Positions 33,975 through 41,398 of a stretch of 41,474 nt of DNA are shown here, one piece after another. Source of the stretch: Candidatus Amesbacteria bacterium (GTDB taxonomy: Bacteria; Patescibacteriota; Microgenomatia; CAZETR01; Amesbacteraceae); assembly GCA_016219445.1 (NCBI GenBank), contig JACRNA010000022.1:1-41474 (forward strand), read 5' to 3'. The notes beneath the pieces are model-generated. The model had not been told where the DNA came from and searched no databases. It saw nothing but the letters and a program-made list of their open reading frames with translations. Position 1 is the first letter of the stretch. Every line of letters begins with the position of its first letter. Position numbers and translations under genes: made by a program.

Positions 33975-33993
33975 AAGAAAGAAGTAACTGCCT

Positions 33994-35508
33994 ATGATTA
34001 AATACATTGCCTACTGCCGAAGATCAATCGAACAGGAAGAAAAACAGGCTTTATCTATCGAAGCGCAAATTGCCGAACTGAAAGAATTTGCGCTAAAAGA
34101 AAAACTTGATGTTGTGGAATTTTTAACCGAATCCAAGACCGCCAAAGTTCCCGGCCGCGAAGTTTTTGGCCAACTAATCAAGAAAATTCAGCAAGGCGAA
34201 GCTCAAGGAATTTTGGCATGGCACCCTGACAGACTGGCTAGGAATTCCGTTGATGGTGGCCAAATTATTTATCTTCTGGATACCGAAAAAATTCTTGACC
34301 TGAAATTTCCCACTTTCTGGTTTGACAGTACACCTCAAGGGAAATTCATGTTATCAATTGCTTTCTCTCAATCAAAATATTATGTGGACAATTTAAGTGA
34401 GAATGTAAAACGCGGTAATCGCCAAAAACTCCGTCGGGGTGTTTATCCCTCAAAAGCTCCAATTGGCTATTACAACGAACCGCGATTACGAACGATTGAA
34501 GTTGATCGACAAACAGCAACAATCGTTCAGAAAGCTTTTGAGATGTATGGGACCGGAAATTGCTCCATGGCTGATATTCAGCGATTTTTCTTTAAAAAAG
34601 GAGTCAGAAGAAAGAAAAATGACAAAATGTTGCCCATGAGCCAAGTTCAAAAACTTTTATCAAACACTTTTTACTATGGTTTGATGAAATATGCCGGCGA
34701 ATTTTATGAAGGGATCCATAAACCATTAATCTCCAAAGGTTTGTTCGACAAAGTTCAACAAGTTCAAAAACAGCGCGGAAAACCGAGAAAACAAGCCCAC
34801 AATTTTCCGTTTCTCGGCCTTGTTCGTTGTGGTGAATGTGGGGCTTCGGTGACTGCTGAAGAACACTTCAAGTTTTATCCTTCAACCAGAGGTAAAGTTG
34901 CGTATGTTTACTATCACTGCACAAAAAGGAAAATTCGCCAGCCCTGTTCACAGCGTTACCTCAATAGTGTCGAGTTTGAAAAACAGCTACGGGAACTTTT
35001 AGCAAAAATAAATCTCCCCAAAAGATGGGCTGAAAAGTGGCTGGAGAAACTGGATCAGGAACAAAAAACGGAAATTGGCAGAGTTGAGGAAAACACAACA
35101 GAAATTAACCAAAAAGTACAAACAGTCGACCAAAAATTAGGCCGCTTGTTAGACGTTTATCTAAATCAGGAAGTTGACCTGCTTTCCTATCAACAAAAGA
35201 AAAGTCAATTATTGGAAGAAAAAGTCGGACTGAAAGAAAAAATTGCAGAGACATTAAAAAACGGAAACGATTGGTTCGAACCAATGAGGGAATTTATAAA
35301 CGTGGCCGCCGAAGCGGCCAAAACCGCGCGCGCCGAAAACAATAACCAAGAATTAAAACTCTTGGTTCAAAAAGTCGGTTCGAACTACACTTTATTAAAT
35401 CGGCAGCTTTTTTGCCAGTTCAAAAAGGGCTTCGCAGAGGTCTTTTCCTTCGGCGGCTCCTGCGGAGCCGCCTCCGACTCGCTACAAAATCCAATTTGGT
35501 GGGCCTGA
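33994..35508 (+). CDS. Large serine recombinase (LSR1)
   Basis: Resolvase catalytic domain (IAYCRRSIEQEEKQ, WHPDRLARNSVDG), recombinase domain, zinc ribbon (RCGECGASVTAE...YYHCTKRK) and a coiled coil. The last ~35 codons lie in IR-B, and the TGA (35506-35508) lies inside tRNA-Leu. Confidence 0.9.
   Translation: MIKYIAYCRRSIEQEEKQALSIEAQIAELKEFALKEKLDVVEFLTESKTAKVPGREVFGQLIKKIQQGEAQGILAWHPDRLARNSVDGGQIIYLLDTEKILDLKFPTFWFDSTPQGKFMLSIAFSQSKYYVDNLSENVKRGNRQKLRRGVYPSKAPIGYYNEPRLRTIEVDRQTATIVQKAFEMYGTGNCSMADIQRFFFKKGVRRKKNDKMLPMSQVQKLLSNTFYYGLMKYAGEFYEGIHKPLISKGLFDKVQQVQKQRGKPRKQAHNFPFLGLVRCGECGASVTAEEHFKFYPSTRGKVAYVYYHCTKRKIRQPCSQRYLNSVEFEKQLRELLAKINLPKRWAEKWLEKLDQEQKTEIGRVEENTTEINQKVQTVDQKLGRLLDVYLNQEVDLLSYQQKKSQLLEEKVGLKEKIAETLKNGNDWFEPMREFINVAAEAAKTARAENNNQELKLLVQKVGSNYTLLNRQLFCQFKKGFAEVFSFGGSCGAASDSLQNPIWWA
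35401..35502. repeat. IR-B, right copy (102 bp)
   Basis: Perfect inverted copy of 33832-33933. It overlaps the recombinase 3' end and the last 6 nt (CCACCA on the tRNA strand) of tRNA-Leu(UAG). Confidence 0.95.
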
Positions 35509-35581
35509 GAGGACTCGAACCTCTACCCCTCGCGGGACAGGTTCCTAAAACCTGCGTGTATACCAATTTCACCACAAGCCC
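35497..35581 (-). tRNA. tRNA-Leu(UAG), type II; CCA present, with C75-A76 supplied by the element side of the junction
   Basis: Manual fold: acceptor GGGCTTG/CAGGCCC, D arm GTG-AAATTGGTATA-CAC, anticodon arm CAGGT-TTTAGGA-ACCTG, long variable arm CCC-GCGA-GGG, T arm AGAGG-TTCGAGT-CCTCT, discriminator A. Confidence 0.9.
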
Positions 35582-35590
35582 AATTCTGAA

Positions 35591-35596
35591 ATTATA
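35591..35596 (-). promoter_or_regulatory. TATAAT box 9 nt upstream of the tRNA-Leu(UAG) 5' end
   Basis: The minus strand reads GTTGTATAATTTCAGAATT-GGGCTTG. Confidence 0.35.
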
Positions 35597-35598
35597 CA

Positions 35599-35633
35599 AC
35601 AAAAAAGCCTCGACTCCTGCCCGTTGTCGAGGC
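35599..35633 (-). terminator. Rho-independent terminator after the methyltransferase gene
   Basis: The minus strand reads GCCTCGAC-(11 nt)-GTCGAGGC followed by TTTTTTGTTG (stems at 35607-35614 / 35626-35633). Confidence 0.7.
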
Positions 35634-35691
35634 TCAAGAATTATGTCGCCTCAAAAATTAATTTAAAGCCACAAAACCTATATATACTATA

Positions 35692-36447
35692 CTATAGGAC
35701 AGCTTGTCTGTCAAGTCGCTGGACTTTCACAAAAATACTCGGTCCAAAATAGATACTTGCTAGGGTTTTTTGAAGCCAATTTTCGAGTTTCAATGAATTG
35801 AAAGGTAATCCCCTAAAATTGGATACAGACAGCAATTTGTCAATCTTATATCCACTCTTGATCAGGAGTTTTTGTAATGAAACCGGATGATGATTGACAA
35901 AGGGAATGGTCTGATTGCGGATGTTGACAGCCCGCCTTCTATCTATGGGAGCTGGCAATATGGGCTTGCCAGAAATAAAGCTCATAATACGAGATTTCAA
36001 ATTCAGAGAATTGGCAAATTCAATAATAGCTACACCATTGGGTTTTAATATTCGGTGGATTTCATTTAAGACAATACTGGTTTCTGTCAGGTGATGCATG
36101 ACCCGAACCATGACCACCAGATCACAGCTCTGGTCGGGTAGCTTTGTCTTCTGGCAAGTACCAGCTAGAATTTTGATATTCTTTATACCCTTCAAATGAG
36201 ACTTGGCAAAATTTCGCTGTTTTAGTGATGGCTCTACAAGCAGTACTTGCTTGGCATAAGAAGTCAGAAAGCTTGCCAATCTCCCGTATCCCCCACCTAG
36301 ATCCAAGGCAGTCTGAAAATGCCGGGTACCCAAGAGATTTTTTAGAGCAATAATTTCACTCTCGTGTTCATAGTTTCTGGTTTTCCAATAATCCAGATAG
36401 GAAAAATCGGGGTCATCATAAAAGTGTCCCATATTACTCGATGTCAC
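35692..36447 (-). CDS. Class I SAM-dependent methyltransferase
   Basis: ALDLGGGYGRL (motif I), LLVEPS, CDLVVMVRVMHH. Confidence 0.75.
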   Translation of the reverse strand: MTSSNMGHFYDDPDFSYLDYWKTRNYEHESEIIALKNLLGTRHFQTALDLGGGYGRLASFLTSYAKQVLLVEPSLKQRNFAKSHLKGIKNIKILAGTCQKTKLPDQSCDLVVMVRVMHHLTETSIVLNEIHRILKPNGVAIIEFANSLNLKSRIMSFISGKPILPAPIDRRRAVNIRNQTIPFVNHHPVSLQKLLIKSGYKIDKLLSVSNFRGLPFNSLKLENWLQKTLASIYFGPSIFVKVQRLDRQAVL

Positions 36448-37003
36448 TTAAAAATTGGTTGACTCCCTTGGCCCAAGAGCCTTGGGAGGGAGGAGTATAT
36501 TTGGCCATGATTTTTTCGGGTGTGTCCAAGCCTTTATCTACATAATTCTTTTTCAAGCCCCTAGCAACCGTATCCATCCCATCGACAAACGACTCAAATC
36601 TGGTCACCAGATCACCATAAATTCCATAGCCCCAGCAATTGTAGGAATTAACAGGGATCTTTTTACAGAGATTTGACTCTTGCTGAGCAATTGCTGCCAG
36701 AAGTCTCCAATCAAGGCCGTATTTATCGGAAATTTCGACTAATTCTCTGGCGTGGGGAAGCAATGGAGACTTGTATTTCTTGAGATAATTTGTGATGAGG
36801 AGCACTCTACCGTCAGCAGAGCCAAACTTTAGATTCCAAGTGGGAACAGAGTCATCTTTGGGACTTAGGACTTGGGTCGTATAGGCTACATCAGCTTTAG
36901 GGATAGTAGGCGCAGGAGCGCTCAAGACCAAGGTAAGAAAGGTGGCGACTAATGTCAATGGTGCGCCTATCGCAAATCCCCCTACCCACCATAGTTTATG
37001 CAT
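36434..37003 (-). CDS. Membrane-anchored protein with a lysozyme-like / lytic-transglycosylase-like motif
   Basis: N-terminal TM. LLAAIAQQESNLC resembles the SLT catalytic-Glu-Ser motif. The assignment is weak. Confidence 0.4.
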   Translation of the reverse strand: MHKLWWVGGFAIGAPLTLVATFLTLVLSAPAPTIPKADVAYTTQVLSPKDDSVPTWNLKFGSADGRVLLITNYLKKYKSPLLPHARELVEISDKYGLDWRLLAAIAQQESNLCKKIPVNSYNCWGYGIYGDLVTRFESFVDGMDTVARGLKKNYVDKGLDTPEKIMAKYTPPSQGSWAKGVNQFLSDIE

Positions 37004-37032
37004 GCCTCTATTTTACCAAATTTTCATTTTTA

Positions 37033-37117
37033 GTGTCGGGAGCGGGACTCGAACCCGCACGAAGCAAAAACTTCGAGAGCTCTTAAGGCTCTTGCGTATA
37101 CCATTTCGCCACCCCGA
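37033..37117 (-). tRNA. tRNA-Leu(UAA), type II, no encoded CCA
   Basis: Acceptor GTCGGGG/TCCCGAC, D arm GCG-AAATGGTATA-CGC, anticodon arm AGAGC-CTTAAGA-GCTCT, variable arm CGAAG-TTTTTG-CTTCG, T arm GCGGG-TTCGAGT-CCCGC. Confidence 0.9.
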
Positions 37118-37142
37118 CTAGATGCATTAATCATTTTATCAT

Positions 37143-38120
37143 TTAAACCTCTCGGATGACTTCAAATCCCTTTAGGCTTCCGACAACGGCGAAACCGTAG
37201 ACTTTTTGGGCAATGCCCATTTGTTTTATTTTTTTGGCCGTCTCGTTTAGAGTCGCTGCTGAACCGACAGCATCATCAATTAATAATAAATTATTATATC
37301 TGACATTAATTTTATCAATAAATATTGTTTCTCTAGCATTTCTGATTCTTTCCTCCAGCTTACCCAATGTCTTCTGAGCGACTCTGATTTTACCTGGATA
37401 TGCCTTGGACATATCTACGATTGGCAAAGCAAGATTTAGCTTTTTGGCAAATTCTTTTAAAAACTGGACCTTGCGCAAAATACTATGAGGTAGGTAACCT
37501 ATAGCATCAATATTTTTTTCAATAATAAGTTTATTTATAATGTCTTTAGATTCTTCTGCTGTTATCGCAATAAGATCACGATTTTCAGATTGTTTGGAAT
37601 AGAGCATTAAACACCCGAGTCTAGTCTTGCCAAAAGTCGGCAAACTATAAAAATCGCTGTAGTATATACCATCCAAATTCATATCTGATCTATATGTAGC
37701 AGATACGTTTGATGTCGCGTCAATCCATCCTTCTGATGAAAATAGAGAATTGGCACTTTCTCTGTCTTTGATATACTGAGATAACAAGCTATTTTCCTGT
37801 TCAGACTTACTGACATTTGATAACCAGCTACGAAAACCAGACAGTCCATCTCTAAACTGTCCAGTTGGGTCTACATAAGCAAAATATTTATCCAATAAAA
37901 CATGAGTTTCTTTGATTTGGTCGGGAGATATTGTAACTAATGTATAGAATACCTTTGGCGCGGACCCGGACTTGGTCAATTTGCCAATTTCAACTAAGGA
38001 TTTTAGTTGGCGGTGAAGTGCCACCTTACCTATGCCTAAGTGATCGGCTAGCTCACTTACTCTAGCCTGACCATTAGTTTTTAGGTATCCCAGAATTTTA
38101 ATTTTTGTATCTGTAATCAT
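37143..38120 (-). CDS. Winged-HTH + phosphoribosyltransferase-domain protein (PurR-like architecture)
   Basis: The N-terminus KILGYLKTNGQARVSELADHLGIGKVALHRQLKSL is a wHTH. The C-terminal LLLIDDAVGSAATLNETAKKI is the PRPP-binding loop of type I PRTases. Confidence 0.65.
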   Translation of the reverse strand: MITDTKIKILGYLKTNGQARVSELADHLGIGKVALHRQLKSLVEIGKLTKSGSAPKVFYTLVTISPDQIKETHVLLDKYFAYVDPTGQFRDGLSGFRSWLSNVSKSEQENSLLSQYIKDRESANSLFSSEGWIDATSNVSATYRSDMNLDGIYYSDFYSLPTFGKTRLGCLMLYSKQSENRDLIAITAEESKDIINKLIIEKNIDAIGYLPHSILRKVQFLKEFAKKLNLALPIVDMSKAYPGKIRVAQKTLGKLEERIRNARETIFIDKINVRYNNLLLIDDAVGSAATLNETAKKIKQMGIAQKVYGFAVVGSLKGFEVIREV

Positions 38121-38153
38121 AGTATACAGTATACCATATATTATATACTATTG

Positions 38154-38227
38154 TGGACGGCTAGGGATTCGAACCCCAGACCCCCGCTGTGTAAAAGCGG
38201 TGCTCTAACCAGCTGAGCTAGCCGTCC
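38154..38227 (-). tRNA. tRNA-Val(UAC), no encoded CCA
   Basis: Acceptor GGACGGC/GCCGTCC, D arm GCTC-AGCTGGTTA-GAGC, anticodon arm CCGCT-TTTACAC-AGCGG, T arm TGGGG-TTCGAAT-CCCTA. Confidence 0.9.
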
Positions 38228-38239
38228 GAATGAATAGAG

Positions 38240-38322
38240 TGCGGCGAGAGGGAGTCGAACCCACACATCCTTGCGGACACTGGCTTCTGAGGCCAGCGCG
38301 TCTGCCATTCCGCCATCGCCGC
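38240..38322 (-). tRNA. tRNA-Leu(CAG), type II, no encoded CCA
   Basis: Acceptor GCGGCGA/TCGCCGC, D arm GCG-GAATGGCAGA-CGC, anticodon arm CTGGC-CTCAGAA-GCCAG, variable arm TCC-GCAA-GGA, T arm GTGGG-TTCGACT-CCCTC with one U-U mismatch. Confidence 0.85.
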
Positions 38323-38384
38323 GCACTTTAAATATTTTAACATATTATCTTTACAAAATATGGTATACGCTATATACTTGAGAT

Positions 38385-39041
38385 ATGGACTGGACCGCTA
38401 ACCTTGCTTATGTTGTGGGTCTTATTACTACGGACGGTAATTTATCTAAAGATGGAAGGCATCTTATATTTGTTTCAAAAGAGCTAGAACAAATAGAGAA
38501 TTTTAAAACTGGTTTAAAAATTAATAATAAAGTAGGAATCAAGACTGGAGGCTACTCTGGTAGTGGGCAATGTTATTATATTCAATTCAGTAATGTTGCC
38601 ATATATAATTTTTTATTATCAATCGGTCTAATGCCAAATAAAACCAAAATATTAGGTAAAATGGATATTCCAGATAACTATTTTCCGGACTTCCTTAGAG
38701 GTCATTTGGATGGAGATGGTACAACTTACTCGTATTGGGACAAAAGATGGAGATCAAGCTTCATGTTGTATATGACGTTTATCTCGGCGAGTAAAGAACA
38801 TTTAAAGTGGATGAAATTTAATATTTTTAGGTTATATGGAATCTCTGGAACACTAAAGTTTAGTGGTAGATCAGTTTATCATTTGGTATTTGCTAAGATT
38901 GCTTCAATCAAGCTCATAAACATTGTATATTATACTCAGGTTAAGCTTTTCTTAAGCCGAAAAAGGTTTAAAATACTGCAAGCATTAGATATAATCAAAA
39001 AAGTACGCCGGGATGTTGTAATGGTAGCCAAGCATGCTTGA
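38385..39041 (+). CDS. Free-standing double-motif LAGLIDADG homing-endonuclease-like protein
   Basis: LAYVVGLITTDGNL and FLRGHLDGDGTT are the two LAGLIDADG motifs. The last 35 nt of the ORF lie inside tRNA-Leu(GAG). Confidence 0.8.
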   Translation: MDWTANLAYVVGLITTDGNLSKDGRHLIFVSKELEQIENFKTGLKINNKVGIKTGGYSGSGQCYYIQFSNVAIYNFLLSIGLMPNKTKILGKMDIPDNYFPDFLRGHLDGDGTTYSYWDKRWRSSFMLYMTFISASKEHLKWMKFNIFRLYGISGTLKFSGRSVYHLVFAKIASIKLINIVYYTQVKLFLSRKRFKILQALDIIKKVRRDVVMVAKHA

Positions 39042-39089
39042 GGTGCATGTGCTGTAAAAAGCGTGGAGGTTCGAGTCCTCTTCCCGGCA
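39007..39089 (+). tRNA. tRNA-Leu(GAG), type II, no encoded CCA
   Basis: Acceptor GCCGGGA/TCCCGGC, D arm TTG-TAATGGTAGC-CAA, anticodon arm CATGC-TTGAGGT-GCATG, variable arm GCT-GTAAAA-AGC, T arm GGAGG-TTCGAGT-CCTCT. Confidence 0.85.
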
Positions 39090-39114
39090 CAAAATTGATA
39101 TAATATGTATTGTT

Positions 39115-39187
39115 GCCGAGATAGCCAAGATGGTCAAGGCGCTTGTCTGAAGAACAAGTTATAAAGGTTCGAGTCCTTTTCTCGGCA
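39115..39187 (+). tRNA. tRNA with GAA anticodon (Phe), atypical D arm and G37
   Basis: Acceptor GCCGAGA/TCTCGGC, D arm GCC-AAGATGGTCAA-GGC (Ser/Leu-like), anticodon arm CTTGT-CTGAAGA-ACAAG, short variable region, T arm AAAGG-TTCGAGT-CCTTT. A TATAAT box lies at 39099-39104. Confidence 0.7.
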
Positions 39188-39223
39188 CTTTGACAAATAA
39201 AGTAGTCTGGTATCTTTGAACTA

Positions 39224-39903
39224 TTGATGTTATCCTGTATTTGGATGATAAGATTAGTCAGAGATCTTGAATTGTTTAAGAAAGTTGAAATAGCTAGGAA
39301 GCTTGGGAGAAGTTACTCAGATTTAAACAAAGAGTTCAAAGTTTCTAAAAGTGCTTTAAGTTCTTGGTTTTCAAGTTCTAAGTGGTCGAGTGACATTAAA
39401 ACGTCTTTTGTCATTAGAAATAATGAGCATAATAAAGACAGATTGATGGCAATGAATAAAGCAAAAGCTAAGTATAAACTTGCAAGGTATACTAAATACC
39501 AAATCCCCTGTTTTTTACTGGTGTCTCACTATATTGGGGCGAGGGTGAAAAGGCAAACAAAAGCAGAGTTTCCATAATTAATTCCGACGCCAATCTTCTA
39601 AAAGTTGAAATCAGTTTTTTTAGAAATATTATGTTGATTCCTGAAGAAAAGTTAAGAGCAGCTATTTTTATCTATAGTGATATTGATGCAAACAAGGCTC
39701 TAGAGTACTGGTCAGATCAAATTAAGTTATCAAAGAAACAATTTATAAAAACTCAGATTTTACCCAGCCATAGTAAACTCACCCAAAGAAGAACTTTATA
39801 CGGTATGTGTAATGTCTATTTTTCAAGCACGGAATTTAATGTTAAAATGAGGGGGTGGATTGACTTATTGGCAAATGATTACGCGGCTATGGTTCATCGG
39901 TAG
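39224..39903 (+). pseudogene. HTH + LAGLIDADG-like ORF split by a frameshift near 39493-39520
   Basis: Frame A (39224-39577) gives an HTH, EIARKLGRSYSDLNKEFKVSKSALSSWF. Frame B is open from 39496 and reads IPNPLFFTGVSLYWGEGEKANKSRVSIINSD...MLIPEEK, continuing into ORF 39631-39903. The switch lies at a CCCCTGTTTTTT run. The last 21 nt overlap tRNA-Gly. Confidence 0.5.
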
Positions 39904-39953
39904 AACACGTTCTTGCCAAGAATGAGAGACGGGTTCGATTCCCGTTAGCCGCT
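39883..39953 (+). tRNA. tRNA-Gly(GCC), no encoded CCA
   Basis: Acceptor GCGGCTA/TAGCCGC, D arm GTTC-ATCGGTA-GAAC, anticodon arm CGTTC-TTGCCAA-GAATG, T arm ACGGG-TTCGATT-CCCGT, discriminator T. Confidence 0.9.
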
Positions 39954-41398
39954 CCCTCCCCTCGGGCTTTTTTGTCGGAAAGGATGAGGTTCGAGCCGAA
40001 GATTTTTTGGGCCAACACTTTTTTGGCTTCTAAGTCTTTACCCCTTGCGATATTAGCCGCGTCAGCGGCTTCAATTATCCACTCTCTCATGGGTTCGAGC
40101 CAAGCATGGTGCGTTTGCTCAAAGCGGAAGATTTGTTCTTCCAGCGTCTTCTTTTCTGATAACAATTCTGATTTCTTGTTGAGATACGAATCGCGGTCAA
40201 CATCCTGATCAAGATATGAGTAAAGAAGACGCTGAAGTCTGAACGTTTTTTCTTTGATCTCTTCCCGCTTGCTTTGAGTAAACGCACCGCAGGAATGGGC
40301 AAGTTCCGTTTTCTCTCCTTCCAGTTTGTCTAACATCTTTCTTGCCCAGTCCTGCCGCAAAGAAACTGACAAAATCATGTCTGATAATTGGCTGTCCAGC
40401 TCTTCCTGTCTGATGAATGGCTGTATGCATTTAATAGTCTTGGACTTTTTCGTGCACCGGTAATAGGTATAGGTGGCGTGATGATTGGTGTGTATATAAT
40501 ATTTCAATTTCTGTTCGGCGGTGATCATCATGTTGCACTCCCCGCAACGAAAAAGTCCTAAGAATGGTTTGAGAATACGGGGTTTTGACCAGGATTTTGA
40601 TCTTTTGTTTAAGACCAGCTGGACAGCCTCAAACAGTTTCTTTGCGATGATTGGCTCTTGAACCCCTTCGTGGATCTCGCCGAGGAAACGGAAATGGCCA
40701 TAATAAAAGGGGTTGGTAAGAATATGTTTGGTTACCTGATTAATCGGCCATGATTTACCGCCACTGGTAATAATGCCATTTCCCGCCAAAAAGTCTCTGA
40801 TATCCATGATCCGATAGGTTCCGGTAGCAAACATCTCAAAAGCCTGTTTAACAATAGGAGCTTTTTTGCGGTCAACGGCAATGGTTTTAGTCAGCGGATC
40901 GTTGAGATAGCCAACAGGCGCAAGTCCTGGCATTTCTCCTCTTCTGACTTTTTGGCGCAGACCTCTCTTGGTGTTTTCCGAAAGCGAGTCCACGAAGTAT
41001 TTACTCTGTCCAAAGGCGATTTGCAGCATAAATTTACCTTGGGGTGTGGCTTCAAACCAGAACTGGGGAAACTTCAGGGCTTTGATCTTATCCGTGTCGA
41101 CTAGATATATTAATTTTCCTCCGTCGACACTATTGCGCGCAAGTCTGTCCGGATGCCAGCTGACAATGCCGCTCGCTTCCTCTTTTTCAATCCGGTCGAT
41201 CATAGAGTTAAAAATGGGACGGCCTGGTATTTTGGCGGATTGTTTCTCGATAAGCTCCTCGACTACAAATAACTTTTCGCGAGCGGCATATTCCCGGAGT
41301 TCGGCAAGCTGAGCCTCAATAGACAAGATTTGCTTGTCTTCGACATCTGTTGATTTGCGCGCATACAAAAAGAATTTTGGGGTGTCCATGACTATCAA
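39887..41398 (-). CDS. Large serine recombinase (LSR2), paralogous to LSR1
   Basis: LYARKSTDVEDKQ, WHPDRLARNSVDG, zinc ribbon RCGECNMMITAE...YYRCTKKS, and a coiled coil. It aligns with LSR1 along most of its length. The last ~22 codons are antisense to tRNA-Gly(GCC), so the real C-terminus is uncertain. Confidence 0.85.
   Translation of the reverse strand: MIVMDTPKFFLYARKSTDVEDKQILSIEAQLAELREYAAREKLFVVEELIEKQSAKIPGRPIFNSMIDRIEKEEASGIVSWHPDRLARNSVDGGKLIYLVDTDKIKALKFPQFWFEATPQGKFMLQIAFGQSKYFVDSLSENTKRGLRQKVRRGEMPGLAPVGYLNDPLTKTIAVDRKKAPIVKQAFEMFATGTYRIMDIRDFLAGNGIITSGGKSWPINQVTKHILTNPFYYGHFRFLGEIHEGVQEPIIAKKLFEAVQLVLNKRSKSWSKPRILKPFLGLFRCGECNMMITAEQKLKYYIHTNHHATYTYYRCTKKSKTIKCIQPFIRQEELDSQLSDMILSVSLRQDWARKMLDKLEGEKTELAHSCGAFTQSKREEIKEKTFRLQRLLYSYLDQDVDRDSYLNKKSELLSEKKTLEEQIFRFEQTHHAWLEPMREWIIEAADAANIARGKDLEAKKVLAQKIFGSNLILSDKKARGEGAANGNRTRLSFLARTCSTDEP

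Larger units (their letters stand above)
29139..35502. mobile_element. Integrated ~6.4-kb element in the 3' end of tRNA-Leu(UAG): large serine recombinase, R-M-like module, SEC-C protein and a GC-rich non-coding block
   Basis: The boundaries are defined by repeat geometry. The left end 29139-29223 and right end 35401-35502 each match, in inverse orientation, one half of the internal site 33751-33933. A GTGG core is shared at 29139-29142 and 35499-35502, and as CCAC at 33832-33835. The right end supplies the only encoded CCA among the tRNAs in this window. Cargo composition differs from the flanks. Confidence 0.6.

Noticed and set aside
33604-34007. ORFs 33604-33852(+) and 33675-34007(-) upstream of the recombinase
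   Set aside because: Both run straight through the perfect inverted repeats and hairpins. Their translations are low-complexity, and they overlap each other on opposite strands. They are most likely artefacts of palindromic sequence.
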